Part shown: one piece after another, positions 1 to 13,502 of the stretch
Numbering within the stretch: the stretch's first letter is position 1
Layout of the letters: every line of letters starts with the position of its first letter
Source of the DNA: Octopus sinensis
Taxonomy: Eukaryota
DNA: 64,000 bases
Direction: 5' to 3'
NCBI RefSeq assembly: GCF_006345805.1
Contig: NC_043011.1
Location: 55,564,464 to 55,628,463 of the forward strand
The notes under the pieces: model-generated
What the model saw: only the letters and a program-made list of their open reading frames with translations
What the model was told of the DNA's origin: nothing
The model's database searches: none
Translations under genes and position numbers: made by a program

Positions 1-729
1 ACCACAGAGTCCCAACTACATGGAATCTTGGGCAAGTTTTTTCTATTATGGCCCTGAATTGACTAAAGGCATATGTATAAAATTTGGTAGGTGGCAGCCT
101 GTAGAAGAGGCCAACAGTGTAGACGGTCAAGACTCAAAAATGTAGATGGTCTAATGGACATCCAGATGAGTTTGACAGTTTGTGTACAACATTTTATCTA
201 TAAAATAGCAACCCACTGAGTCATGAACGAAAACTAATTTCAACTGTTCCATATATCTAGAACTGCATTATCCAATATCTTTTTTAAGATAGCGTATAAT
301 ATGAGGGAGATTTAGGTGATATTTTCAGCAGGTTGAGCAACAACATAGAATCTCTTGGGCAAGTAAGTTACAAGAGTGTACAAAAGGAGAATTAAAAGAA
401 AATCCTAATACAGTTAATTATTGTTTATTAAACATCAACATAGTTGTGTTCTGAGTTTCAAACCAGTTCTCTAAAGTGTTGAGAATGCCTTGTGGATGTG
501 GATATTCCACAAGGCCACTTAAAGTCAGATTTCACCTGGCAATTCCACCCATTCATTTATGTAACTAAAAATTCATTAGGAGCAAATAATGAAAAATGCT
601 GTTGAGTTATTGTGAGCTGGTATTTTGGGAGACACTATAATATTTATGTTAAATACAAGAATTCAAAAAGCATGTTCAAATGCGTTACTAATGTACTTGA
701 AATCAAGGCAAAGATCAAAACCTAATTAC

Positions 730-1330
730 AAGAAAGCTCATTCAGATGAATGATGGCATCTTTCGCTCAGTTTCTCTTTTTCTCTCCATCTATCACCATT
801 GTTGTAATATTTGCCTTTTTCACATTGCCTTGACATACAACAATCTTTTGTCAATCTTGTCTCATTTCATTTGTGAAACAACATTCTTCTGTCACAACAT
901 CACATCCTCCAGAAGTTCCTTTCCTTTCCGTATGGGTTTCTTCTGCAACACACACACACACATCTCCTACATATAACATTGGAGACCTTCAATGTTCAGT
1001 AGGTTTTATAGGTGGCATCAACTACATAATACTGCATTCCTTACAAATTCTTTACATATTGAGCAAGGCCTCTTCCCAGATGTTACCAAGATCTTTTTGC
1101 TCTGTTGCTAACTAGAACTTTGGTATGAATTTTAAAGCATACTATTTATTGTAGCCCAAGAGTTTGCAATAAGAACCAGACTCCACCAGCATAGACAAAT
1201 TTGTAAGGTCATGCAGTCTTCCACTCCAGATGCTATAACTTCAAGACAACACAAACAAATACCTACTTGTGCACTAAATTCTTTCACTGCAATCATTGAT
1301 TTAGACAACAAGGGTGACTAAGTGGTCATG
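730..1330 (-). mobile_element. Decayed RTE-type LINE 3' coding fragment
   Basis: Minus-strand translation SGKRPCSICKEFVRNAVLC resembles the Cys-rich motif SGRWSCSICRKGIGRNSI in the RTE copies at 56.8 kb and 62.1 kb. Multiple stops. Confidence 0.65.
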
Positions 1331-3384
1331 CAGACTTCACTTGAAAAGCAAGGATATATGACTAATACAATCTGAGATACAATATGCTTGACTAAAAGAC
1401 AGGGTGGTCATGACTGGAAGATCATTACAGGTTCCCCTAGAGAATATCTAGAGTTAAATAGAATCTGGAAAAGCTACAGTTGTTCTTTGTATCAAAATTT
1501 TATCCATGTCAATGAAGGTAAAGTTATATGTTCTTAAGAATTTCTTATAAATATGGTATCTATAGTTCCATCTCCTGCTTCAGATCTAAATGTCATTTTG
1601 CCCATTTTGATTTGCATCAATTTTGCTATGTTTAGTAATTCTACCCATTTATTTGAGATCTCTGGAAGCAATTCATAATGACACATCCTTGCATACAATG
1701 TGAGAATCTGAATGTAACTTAACCCACTAGAAACAGCAACCAAATTTACCAAACCATATCCTAGCATCTTAAAAAGTAGCCCAGACCACACTTTGGAGAC
1801 AAGATAGTCATGGGTGGAAAGCTTTTGATTTTAGCCCTGTTCAATCAAGGCAGGCCTGGAGCTAAACAAGAACTTGATTAACTAAAGTAACAACTAATAT
1901 CAACAGAACCGGATGCTTTTAGCATTTTAACAACTCTACCTGAGTGGGCCACACTTCTTTATTTTAGATTTCAATTTTCCTATATTAACCTCTTCAGTTA
2001 TCCTTTTGTCTAGTTCAACAAACAGACTCGGTATCCTCTTCATATTTCTTGTTCAACAACATCTTAGTGACACTTCATGCATCACACTTTCCACTGCTAC
2101 TACGAGAAAATGTGTTGGTGTTGTCATGAAAATGAATTTTACCGATGACCACATTCTGATTGCTCTGAAAGTACCATCTGGTGTTTTAGAAGAGTTCCTA
2201 ACTCTCCTCATACATAAAAATGAACTGCCTAATCTCTTGGCTAAGTAAAGCTAAAATTTTGTCTCTTGCCAACAAAAATCCATTATCCTTTCATCAAATT
2301 GTACTTGTTAGTAATAAGAGCTAAAAACTTAAATGTAAACAGATTTTCCTTCCATAATCAGAAACTTCTATAAATAATGAAGCATGTAATACCATATGAT
2401 TTTATATACATAACATGACATATTAAACCATTTGAAAAAAAATTAAGTGTTTAATATACTGAGATATTTAAATTTGTTTTCTTTTTCCTCCAAGCCTGAC
2501 CATATAGATTAAGCTCGAACCAATAGAATATAAAGTAGCAAGTAAGTGTTATGTGAGTAGGGAATGTACTAACAAAAATGTGGTAGACTAAATGTCTTAA
2601 GTATTAAGTTTCATCTCCGAGTTCAATATCAAATACCAATAGGACTGGCTTGCCTTTCATTGCTCCTATCAGTAAAATAAACAAGTCATATACTGAGATC
2701 AATTCAACTAAACAAATCTATGGCCTTGCACCACTTTTAATAGCAATGAGTTTGAAGAACTGAAAAATTAAAACATTCTCCAAGTTTCTAGTTCAAATCC
2801 CACCGGAAGAAACTGCTTTTCATCTGACTTGAGTTCATCAAATTAATTTTATCAAGTATACACATCTATAAAATCTAGCCTTGTACTTAGTCAAACAAAA
2901 CTAAATGAAGCCCAACGTTGCTGTCTTTCTTTTATGCCACATTTTAGGCAACAATGTGAACTCACCTTTCAATGTAGTTAGTCTCAGAGGCCAGAATTTT
3001 TGTTTTTTCCAGAATGCGAAGACAAAAAAACATTCTAGTATAACTTCTTAAGAGAAAGGAAACCAAATTAAATAAATGTAATGGATTCAATCCAGGCAAA
3101 CAACTTCTTAAGTTTAATAGAAAGTAGAGAATAGAGGAGACGAAGTAATCTAGCTGTAAAATGTATTCTCTGAAAATTGAAACAATTGCTCATAACAGTA
3201 GATATAACACGTCAGAGAGAAAATTCTTCTGAAAGACTCAAACTAAATTTTCTTAAAAACAAAACTGTAATTTATACACAAGAAGGTGCAAAGTAACTTC
3301 AAGTAAGGTATAAAAAAAATGTCTATGGTTTATGTGGAACTGCATTAACCAGAGAGAGAAAGTCATGTTATTTAGGTGGGACTT

Positions 3385-3510
3385 GGCAAAAGAGACCGAT
3401 AGAATAAGTACTAGGCTTACAAAGAATAAGCCCTGGGGTCGATTTGCTCGACTAAAGGTGGTACTCCAGCATGGCCACAGTCAAATGACTGAAACAAGTA
3501 AAAGAGTAAA
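3385..3510 (+). mobile_element. SINE family B, 3' part
   Basis: About 90% identical to the reverse complement of 6747-6861. Confidence 0.85.
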
Positions 3511-3989
3511 GTGTAAAGAGTATACCAGAGAGAGAAATTCATCATTTGTTAAAAAGCGTGCGTCTATACTTAGATTTTGTTTAAGCTCTGAGGAATGTAA
3601 GATAAAGACACTGATGCCAAAACCAAAACCATCTTGTGCCATATTACAATTTATTCCCTGACTCTTATATTAAAGATTTAAAGAGTTCAATGTATTGATC
3701 ATGTGTAATTAAAATGAAATATATAAGCCCTTTCAATACCAACCCACCTAAGACCACCACTCCTGGTTCCAAGATATCAGCTTTTAGTCTTTTGAAACAA
3801 TCTAAATTAAAACCTTCATGTTAGTTTATGTTCTGAACACCAGCTTAACGATGACTGATTTTATTAAATTCTTCATCCCTGCTGCTGTGTTGTCAACACC
3901 TCACTTATCTGCTATCACCTTCAATGCTCTTGCAAATCTACTGCAAACCCCTGCCCCTGAGCCACCTCTATATTTCACACTGTCATTTT

Positions 3990-4440
3990 CCAGTCACCTG
4001 TCTTGACACATCTTTGTCACCATTTCTTTCTTGCTACCGCTCTCTTTATTTTACTGACTCACAACCTACCCTCCCTTCTTTTCCAATTGGGGGATCCATG
4101 GACCTGCTCTCCAACAAGACACCCATTCCTGTCCCACTATACGGTGTCTCTAATCAATTGGCACAAAGTCCATTCCCTTCAATACTACTCCCCCACTCCC
4201 AGTTGAGGGATTTTGTCTTGCATGTTACTTGATGACCCTGTTAATGCTGGTGCCATGTAAAAAGCACCCAGTACAATCTGTAAAGTGGTTAGCACCAGGA
4301 AGAGCATCCAACCATAGAAACCATGCCAAATCAGATGACTGAAGCCTTGTGTGGCTCTTGGCCTTACCAGCACCCGTCAAACTGGCCAAGCAATGATGCC
4401 AGCATGGAAAACATGTTAAATGATGATGATGATGATGATG
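3990..4440 (+). mobile_element. RTE LINE 3' UTR fragment with (GAT)n tail
   Basis: Homologous to the 3' UTR of the RTE copy at 40135-41090; ends catggaaaacatgttaaa(tga)n. Confidence 0.75.
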
Positions 4441-4560
4441 AAAGGCAATTTAATTTGGCAGAAATTTGATAATAAAAGACTTAAGACAATATATTCATAT
4501 ATGCTGTTATCCAGTGTTGAACCATTGAACACAATGCTCAGTCAAAGTGAGTAGACTTTG

Positions 4561-4815
4561 CTATCATCATCATCATCATTTAATGTCCACTTTCCATGCT
4601 AGCATGAGTTGAACGGTTTGACCAGGGTCTGGGAAGCCAGAAGGCTGCACCAGGCTCCAGTCTGATCTGGCAGTGTTTCTACAGCTGGATGCCCTTCCTA
4701 ACGCCAACCACTCCATGAGTGTAGTGGGTGCTTTTTACATGCCAGGGGAGGCTGGCATCAGCCACGATCGGTTGGTGCTTTTTATGTGCCACCGGCACAG
4801 AAGCCAGTCAAGGCG
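4561..4815 (-). mobile_element. RTE LINE 3' tail
   Basis: Shared tail aggaagggcatccagctgtagaaac...catgctagcatggaaag..ttaaa(tga)n. Confidence 0.85.
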
Positions 4816-5413
4816 GCGCCACACATATATTCAGTGCACAGTACAAATGTGTCAGTTGGTTAAAGGTGTTGACGACAACTTGTGTTGCTAGTTTGAATTT
4901 CAACCGAACTATATAGATAACCAGTAATAAGACACCTCAAGACAAATCAAAGATCAAACCAACTGAAACAGAATAGACAGAAATATTTCAAATTGTTTCA
5001 TCCGTAAAAACTTTTGATCATTATACACACATATCTAGATAAAAGTATATATATACTGTAGTTGTTAAGATATAAATCATATGGCAATTGGGACTTCTTG
5101 CTAAACTAAATTAATTTTTAGTAGTTGAGCCCTAGATAAATTCAAATTCAGCAGACCTATAATTAAATGTGCTATTTTCATATATCTAGAACTGCATTGT
5201 CCAATATCTTTTTTAAGATAGCGTATAATATGAGGGAGATTTAGGTGATATTTTTAGCAGGTTGAGCAACAACATAGAATCTCTTGGGCAAGTAAGTTAC
5301 AAGAGTATACAAAAGGAGAATTAAAAGAAAATCCTAATACAGTTAATTATTGTTTATTAAACATCAACATAGTTGTGTTCTGAGTTTCAAGAATATAGTT
5401 GAGGTTTACTTAC

Positions 5414-5598
5414 ATTATTGCCAGAAGTCTTATATTCTAGAGACAATGTTTCCATTGCAGCTATAAGAGTCTGTATGGCTGAAAAAATATTTTGGTAAAC
5501 AATTTTCTCAAAGCCTTTTCTGTCTTCTTCAGAGTACCCAGCACCATGGATAATTCTCATCTGCTTGATAAATGTACTCTTTCCAGACTCACCAGTCC
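5414..5598 (-). CDS. GNAQ: G-protein alpha-q subunit, exon 2 ([62 protein letters not shown])
   Basis: 185-nt exon with polypyrimidine tract + TTAAG acceptor and AAT|GTAAGT donor. It completes the P-loop GTGESGKS in frame with exon 1. Length and phase match the conserved GNAQ exon 2. Not in the ORF track. Confidence 0.97.
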
Positions 5599-5662
5599 CT
5601 TAAAGAAGAGGAGAAGAAAAAATCCATTATTGCAAAGAATTTTAAACAGATTCAAAGTCAAT

Positions 5663-5700
<38 letters not shown>

Positions 5701-5771
5701 TGGAGTAAACACATAAATGTGAAACAAGGTGGAAAAAAAGAGTACTCAAATACCAGTGGAAGAGTAATATG

Positions 5772-5929
5772 CTTTATTTAAAGCAGCAGAAAATTCAACA
5801 AAACCTGTTACTCTGATTTTCCCGTTGCCGTTTGTCGGACAGTTTTTTCTAGCAAAAACTGTCCAACGAACGGCAATGGGAAACTCAGAGTAACAGGTTT
5901 TGTTGAATTTTCTGCTGCTTTAAATAAAG
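5772..5929. repeat. Near-perfect foldback (76-bp arms, 4 mismatches, ~6-nt loop); each arm carries a decayed hammerhead motif
   Basis: Left arm 5772-5847 is the reverse complement of right arm 5854-5929. Confidence 0.9.
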
Positions 5930-6159
5930 TATATATATATATATAAAATTAGAAAAAAAACACCTTTTATCAATTTAAAATGAACAATTAAATTACACCA
6001 TCTAGAAAATTACATATAATAGAAATATTAAAATTAAAATAATAAAATATCAATGATTAAGTAAATTGCAGAAAAAATAATAAAAACGTATATAATTTAT
6101 ATTCCCTCAAATAATTAATATATATATAAAACAAATACACACAGAGGCTGTATAAGGAT

Positions 6160-6700
6160 ATACATGTAGTATGCAAGACAGGAGACTGCAATGTATGAAT
6201 ATATGGGAGATGACAGAGTTGCATGAAACAGTGTGGGATGCTTAAAGTGGATGGAACTTGCAGAAGATGGAAACCTAGGAAGACATGGGACGAAGAGGTG
6301 GAAACCGATCTCAAGATGCTAAAAATCAGGGAGAAGATGACGAAAGAGAAATGATTAATGATGTGCACCACTCACCTGTGGAAGCATGGGTAATACAAAT
6401 GTTAAAATGATGGGAATAGTGGAGGATATCTATACATGGGTCTCTCACCAAGCACAACCCTGTCCAGTTGACATCTGTTCCTTCCCTCACCTTGATACTC
6501 ACCCTTTTCTATTCAATGTGATATAGCTTCAAATGTAACCAAGATTAGCAGTCAATGGCCCCGCCCACCTCATGGTACCATGCTTTAAATCTTACCTCTC
6601 TTTCTAATCTGGGGGTTACTCTCCTACTTGTTATACCATGTTGCCTATTTAATGAGGGATTGTATTGAACCTACCACCATTCAGTCCATCCCACATCTCT
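6160..6700 (+). mobile_element. Decayed RTE LINE C-terminus and 3' UTR
   Basis: Translates to LKVDGTCRRWKPRKTWDEEVETDLKML, homologous to LAVEGTCGRGRPRKTWDEVVKHDLRTL at 41.4 kb. Confidence 0.75.
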
Positions 6701-6744
6701 CATCACAACACCCATATTTAAGAGATTTCAATAGAACTGTTACT

Positions 6745-7064
6745 CATGTTTCAGTCATTTGACTGCAGCCATGCTGGAGCACCGCCTCCTTTAGTCGAGC
6801 AAATCGGCCCCAGGACTAATTCTTTGTAAGCCTAGTACTTATTCTATCGATCTCTTTTGCCGAACTGCTAAGTTATGGGGACAAACACACACAAACATAT
6901 ATACGACAGGCTTCTTTCAGTTTCTGTCTACCAAATCCACTCACAAGGCTTTGGTCGGCCCGAGGCTATAGTAGAAGACACTTGCTGAAGGTTCCACGCA
7001 GTGGGAATGAACCAGGAACCATGTCACTGGTAAGCAAGCTACTTACCACACAGCCACTCCTGCG
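6745..7064 (-). mobile_element. SINE family B, near full length (tRNA-like head, CORE-like middle, (TG)n, 3' tail)
   Basis: A-box-like gtggctgtgtggtaag, B-box-like ggttcattcccac and central ccttcagcaagtgtctt. Further copies near 7.9, 27.0, 38.6, 47.3, 47.8, 49.1 and 50.3 kb. Confidence 0.8.
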
Positions 7065-8619
7065 TCTATGTTTATAACTATAAGCTCATAGCATCCACAA
7101 TTCTGTACTACCAGTCATCACTCTCTCTATCTATCTATTTCTCTCTTGCTGCCTTGGGTTAGTTATTATTTGACATTTCCCACCTCTATTACTAGCCATT
7201 TCTCTCTCTCTCTAGCATAATCACCCAATCATTTTTTCTTTCTACTCATTACTCATTTATCTTACTGCTCCAATGTCATCACTCTTATTCATGTTGTCTT
7301 CACCAAGTAAAGACAAGTTAGACTACTGATTAACTCTTTAATACAAAATGGGGTACAAAGTAACCTAATTAACATTGGTGCCATAATAAAATGTACTCGG
7401 TGGGTGAAAAATGAATGAAGGCAACATTGAGTTGAGTGGGTAATTTAGTTCAAAGTAGGATAACTTCTCAAGTGCTGCTCCCAATACACCCTGTGAAGTG
7501 GTTAGTTAAAGAAAAGAAAAGAAAAAAAAAACAACCAATCAAGCTAAAGATGCAAGAATGCTTGAGCAATATGAGTTCCTTTAATGGATTCAGAAGAGCA
7601 GTAACTCTGAAGAAAAACTCAGATTTTGTTAACCCGTAATACCAATGCCAGATTGGGAATTTGATTTAAAATAATTTCATATGTATCATCACCATCATTA
7701 TTCAGTTAATATCCACTTTTCCATGCTTACATGCATCAGATAGAATTTGTCGAGGCAGATTTTTTTCTACAGCCAAATGGCCCTTTTTGTTGTCAACCCT
7801 TGCCCTGTTTCCAAGCAGCGTAACATTTCCCATGACCAGAGACGTTATCATGAAGATCGGAAATGAAGGACACCAGCTGCATGACGGTGACATCTGTTTA
7901 CATACATTCACACAGCAAGGGGACAGTAACATACACATGCATGCAAAGGGTTTCTTTCAGTTTCCTTCTACCAAATCCACTCACAGGGTTTTGGCTTGCT
8001 CAGGGATATAAAAGACACTTGCCCAAGGTGTCACACTGTGGGACTGAACTTGAGACCATGTGGTTGGGAAGCAAAATTTTTACATATCTGCACACACACA
8101 CACAAAGTGTTAAAAATCTTTTCCTGCTACCAATGAAAAATTTATACCAACATCAAATATTACTCATCTTCACTACTACAAAGCCAGTAGTAAAAACAAA
8201 CAACTTACTCAGCTGAAGATATGTTTAGTAGTGACTTTTTTTTTTACAATGACCAGTGCTCCTATACAAATCTATCCCTTTTTTTATATGCAGACTTGAA
8301 GGAACCCACACAATAACAAACAAACACTAATTTCTCACACTAAATATAATCAATCTTTCAACACAGAGTTGAAATAAATCTTGAAAATGAATCCCAGCAA
8401 TAAAGAATTAATTACACAAAATATAACCAAATTAATGAATGCCACCCAACTAGATTCAATAAAACATTGTCAATCCAGAAAAATACCTTTGCTTCCTTCC
8501 TTTTCTTCTGCCTTTCAGAATCATCACTCCCTCTCCTTATCCCACCACGTTTTGTAGTTGAATAAACTAATTCTGCACAAACAATTTAATCAACCCTAAA
8601 AATATTTAGTCATGTACCT

Positions 8620-8822
8620 ATTTCTTTACTACCCACAAGGGGCTAAACACAGAGAGGACAAACAAGGACAGACAAACGGATTAAGTTGATTATATTGACC
8701 CCAGTGCGTGACTGGTACTTATTTAATCAACCCCAAAAGGATGAAAGGCAAAGTCGACCTCGGCGGAATTTGAACTCAGAACATACGGCAGACGAAGTAC
8801 GGCTACGCATTTCGCCCGGCGT
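8620..8822 (-). mobile_element. SINE family A (tRNA-headed), young copy
   Basis: Near-identical to 47539-47767 and 50604-50830; B-box gagttcaaattcc. Confidence 0.85.
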
Positions 8823-11800
8823 ACCTTAAAACTACAATATTACACCACCACACCTACTTTGCTGCCTCATTTGTCCACACAAAATTTCCACAAGGCTTGG
8901 AAAACCAAAGTACTTTATATTCTCAGGGAGGCTACTATTGCAAAACTTTTAAATAACTGTTCACATTTTCCTTGTATATACACACAGATGAATACACACA
9001 CACATACACATGTGTGCACACATATCAATCACCTACAAAGGATAGACATTGGACTTTTAGTCTCTTGCAGCAGAAGTTTTAACTATCAATTTGAGACACG
9101 CCTTTTGAAAATGCTAATTCAACTTAACCATTTCTAAATTTTTGCTACTCCAGTGAAATCTTGGTGAATTAAATACCTTTGTAATTTCATCACAATATGA
9201 AAATATTTTAAAGAAATATAACTGTATAGAAATAAAACAAACTGAAACAGTCCATGAGTTTATCAACAACAAAAACTGATCTTAATCTCAAGTATTGAGT
9301 CGTAACTAAAAAGACAAACATTGTATCATGTGAGGATAGCTCAGTTGAAATTATGAAATAATATGTACAGTTAAAAAGTTACTTCAATACAGAGGACACT
9401 TCAGACAAGAAGAAGAGGAAGAGAAAGAGAGAATAAGCAGTGAATGTTGGTCAGTCTTCAATGCTTATTTCAGAAAGCTGGGGGTGGGGTGGGGATACTA
9501 GGTAACTACTGAGTTGAGAAAAAGAGAGGAGTGATGTTGCTAGAGTTGTCATCAGTCTGCCTCAAATGGGATTCTAATAGTTGTTAGTATATAAAGCCAT
9601 CGTTGCAGCAGACCTACAATCAATAATCCAACAGTTTCAATGTAGCAAGAGTAAGCTAACGGCTGTCATTTGCCAAGTTGCAGCAGTTACTATACTTCAA
9701 ATGTGCTACCATTGCAATGAAACAACCAAATCTAATTAAGGGAAATCTGTTACCATGGTATCAGCTAGTTAACACTCGTTGAACCAAATGAGTACATCTT
9801 GTGGAAGAAATAAATAAACAGGAAGCTGATCCCAGCATGTCGCTATGGTGACTTATTTGTTGGGATCAAGGAGGACCTTGATGTGAACGATACTAAAAAC
9901 GTGAGAATTAGTAGAAACAACAAGTTAGTTCAGAACTGATTGATAGGAGAACCATACTGAAAAATGGAGGACATAATTAAGAAGATGCAGATATTAAATG
10001 TCCCAAAAAATTTTTTTGATATCAACAAGTGGAACACAAGAAAGTTAAATTGAAAATGAAACAATTTGAAACAGAACAAATGAGCAAGCCTTGGAATATT
10101 GAAGAAGGCTCAAAGACAGTCATTAAACTATAAGAATAACAAATAAGGATGAGCCCTGCATGGATTGATTTTGCAAGAGAGAAAAATACCAACTAAAAGC
10201 AACTGTAAAGCATTTTAGTCCAGTTTAGTACTGCTTGTGGCAACTATACCAGCCTCAAAAATGTATAAAATATCCATGGTAGCTGCTGTTTTTAATGAAA
10301 GACTAAAAATACTTTGGTATGTGATGCAATTCTAATTTCTTTCAGCTGGAATATTTTAAGTAACAGTAAAAAAAAAACAACAAAAAAAACAACCCATTTC
10401 TACATTGAAATGATTGTAATACAAGATTTCTTAACTAGTGTTAAGCAAAATCTTCAGATCCCTTACAATTGGCAATTTTTGCATTAATAAAAAACAATTT
10501 TGTTAAAACACCACAGATGACCTGCTTCAATTGTGTGTATGTGTGTGTGAGAGAAAAAAATTTTTTAATGAAAAAGTTTCAGAAAATGATAGCCAGTCAG
10601 TCAGTCAGTAGACCCCCACCTCCATCATTCCAGAATAAAAATGACTGACTGAAGTTCTCATTCCATGAAATATTCTTGAAATAAAAATTCTCATGTGATA
10701 CCAGAAATGGGTAGACAGGTGGGGTGGCATTTTTGGAAAGTCATCAGCATATAAGGGGACAGATTAAATATTTAGAGTAATTAACAGGTATCATTAATAA
10801 ACTTTCACTGATGTAATCACTTGCAATTACATCAATGTAATTAAGGTTAACCAGCAAAATAAGCTCATGAACCAATTTCTCAAAATCAAAATTCAGAATT
10901 AAAACAGCCCCAAGTTCAGTTTGTATTAGTTTAATATTGAAAACAATATCAATTTCTTTTGTTTCAGAACAAAGCCTCCCTCATACAGAAGAGGAAAACT
11001 TGTATGCTGTAACATGGATGCTTTTGTTTCCCCCATGGGATTTAGAAGCAAAAGTGAAATACAATAGTTACAGAGAACAATTTCAGTTTTCTGTGAACTT
11101 CATCCTCATTGAACAGTGACTTTTCAACATTAAAACAACAAAAACCTAATATCAAAAGCATCTTTTGCAAATTGGTACAAAATGTTTCAGGAATAGTTAA
11201 AATTACAAAGGAGGTTCCTGACATCTTGCTATTCCTAATCACCAGGAATTAAATCATTTTATAAAAAATGGCAAGTAAAAAAGAAAGATAATGATTTCTT
11301 TTGCATTAGTCTATTACATTTTTTAAACAAAATACATATTTCCGTTAAACTTCAGAGCTGTTAGAATTTGGTCCTTTTATAATTTGAACTTGAATACTTC
11401 AAAAACTGAGCACAAAGTAGTCTGGCTTCACTGTTTGCTACAACTTAACAAGACAGGCTGTTGGTATTCAGCCTAAAGTAAGTCTTGATAAGCAAACTTA
11501 TGGTCATAACAATAACAGCCACAATTAGGTACAGAGAAGACTGAATTGGCCAATATGTTTGTCTTTCCTAGTTTCAGACAATAGTGATTAGCAGTTTGGC
11601 TGCTATGCTTAGCAGGTTGAGTGACAGCATGTAAGAGTGACTTCCAAGTAAGAAGAGGATAGAAGGAAATATAATATATAAAGTTTACTGTTCTATTAAG
11701 GTAAGATCAACAAAATAAGCACTCTGTCCAGCGATAAATATCTTTTAATGTATTAAGATAAGAACTACTAATAGTTTTTTGCTATGAAGACATGTGGATA

Positions 11801-12202
11801 GGCAGGCTTTTAAAATGTGCCTTGTGGAATCTTCAAGCTCTGAGCACTTCTATCTACCAAATTCACTCATGAGACATTGGTTGCTCTGAAACTGAAAGCA
11901 TGGAGTTGTGAAATAAAATTCTTAGCCATACAGGCTTGCTTGTAATGATATGTTTAAAAAATTGTTTGACCTAAACCAGAGAAGCTACATCAGTGACTCA
12001 GTAGCCTAGAGTTTCATGTCAAGGCACTTAATATAGGTATACTGGTATGAAACTTGAAGCTGCTGTGTCAACAATGTAACATCTCAGATCTATATAAATG
12101 AACAAATACATGGCATTTTGTACTTGATTTTTGTTTTCAGTATTTGTATAACCAATCACACATCCATCTATACATGTACACACACTTACACAAATGCATA
12201 TA

Positions 12203-13096
12203 TGAAGGGGTACTCAAAAGTAATCAGAAACGTTCTGTGGGACAAGCCTGTTGTAGTTCAGGCTTCTGCTGCTAAAAGCCACTTCATGCAATTCTCAGGA
12301 ATCAGTCTGCAGACTGGCGGCACTGAGTGCAGTTATACTCCCATGTAGTGCGTCTGTTTTGCAGTGCTTCTCCTCTGTTCAGCGATTTTGGCTTTGACTG
12401 AAACGAAGGAACAGCATGCTTCCAGGAAATTCTATTTTCTGCTGGGTAAACGACAGCCAAAACAATAGTCATGCTTCAAAACAGCTCACAAGGATGATGC
12501 CATGAGCAAAACACAAGTTTATGAGTAGTTTTTATGCTTTAAGAATGGTCAGAAGACCAACCTTGTTCAGGGCAACCGTCAACCTCCCAAACAAATGAAA
12601 ACATCACGAAAATTCATGAACTGATCTTGGAGGACCATTACTGAACAATTGATGAACTTGATATGATTGGCGTGTCCTGGAGATCCTTCCAACAAAGTGT
12701 GAGCGAGGAATTGCAAATGAGAAGAGTTGCGGAAAAATGTGTGCCTTAATTGCTCATGGAAGCTCAAAAGCAGTCACAACTGAATGCTTGTCATGAACTG
12801 AAAGAACAGTTGGAAGTTGATCCACCAGATCTGTTTTTGAAGGTCATCACTGGTGACAAAAGCTGGTGCTACAGAATTTGCAGATGTGAAAGAGAAGAAA
12901 AAAAAAAAACGATGGAGGCATTAAAAGGCATCACTTCGCAAGAGTTCCAGGACTGCTTCAAACAGTGGCAAATGCATCTGGACCAATGTTTTGCTTCAAA
13001 TGGAGAATATTTTGAAGGCAATAAAAGTGTAAACATGTAAAACTAAGTGAATAAAATAGCATTGCAATATTCCAGTTTCTTTGGGGTACCCCCTCA
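12203..13096 (+). mobile_element. Mariner transposon, internally deleted non-autonomous copy
   Basis: ~28-bp TIRs flanked by TA. Transposase remnants LFLKVITGDKSWCY are fused directly to C-terminal ALKGITSQEFQDCFKQW. Confidence 0.9.
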
Positions 13097-13408
13097 TACA
13101 TACCTAGAAATACATACACTTAAACCATATAAACTATAATATATACAGGTTGAATGAACTGTTAGAGGTAAAGCTTGAAGTCACAAACAAAATCAATGCT
13201 CTTAGTATATATACTATGTATATACATGTGTGTGTATAGTGGTGTAGGTCCTGACAGGGTTGAAATTGCAGCGCTCCTAGACATCTACTCATTCTGGACC
13301 TTTCAAAAAAAAATCTGAAGTCCATTGGTGCCAGAATTCCAGGTGTGTCACTGGTAAAATCACAACTTCCAAGATGCAGAAGAATGAATTTAAGCACAAC
13401 TTTATTAT

Positions 13409-13502
13409 TTGTTACACTTGTTTCTGAACCAATCTGTTTCTAACCATATGCCATGTAAATGATTGCAGGTGAATTATGTCAGAATGGCACCTCATCAGAC
13501 AA
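13409..13502 (-). ncRNA. Type I hammerhead ribozyme motif (Penelope-like), sense to Gq pre-mRNA
   Basis: ttgt-CUGAUGA-g-gugccauucug...cagauugguuc-a-GAAA-caagug-UA-acaa. Core intact, stem II partly decayed. Confidence 0.65.

Noticed and set aside
1534-1791. 85-aa minus-strand ORF in intron 2
   Set aside because: No similarity to Gq or to any family I recognise, and no clear splice signals.
1-5413. Gq exon 3 (expected ...CYDRRREYQL.DSAKY)
   Set aside because: No matching sequence found by eye on the minus strand; it probably lies beyond the window start.
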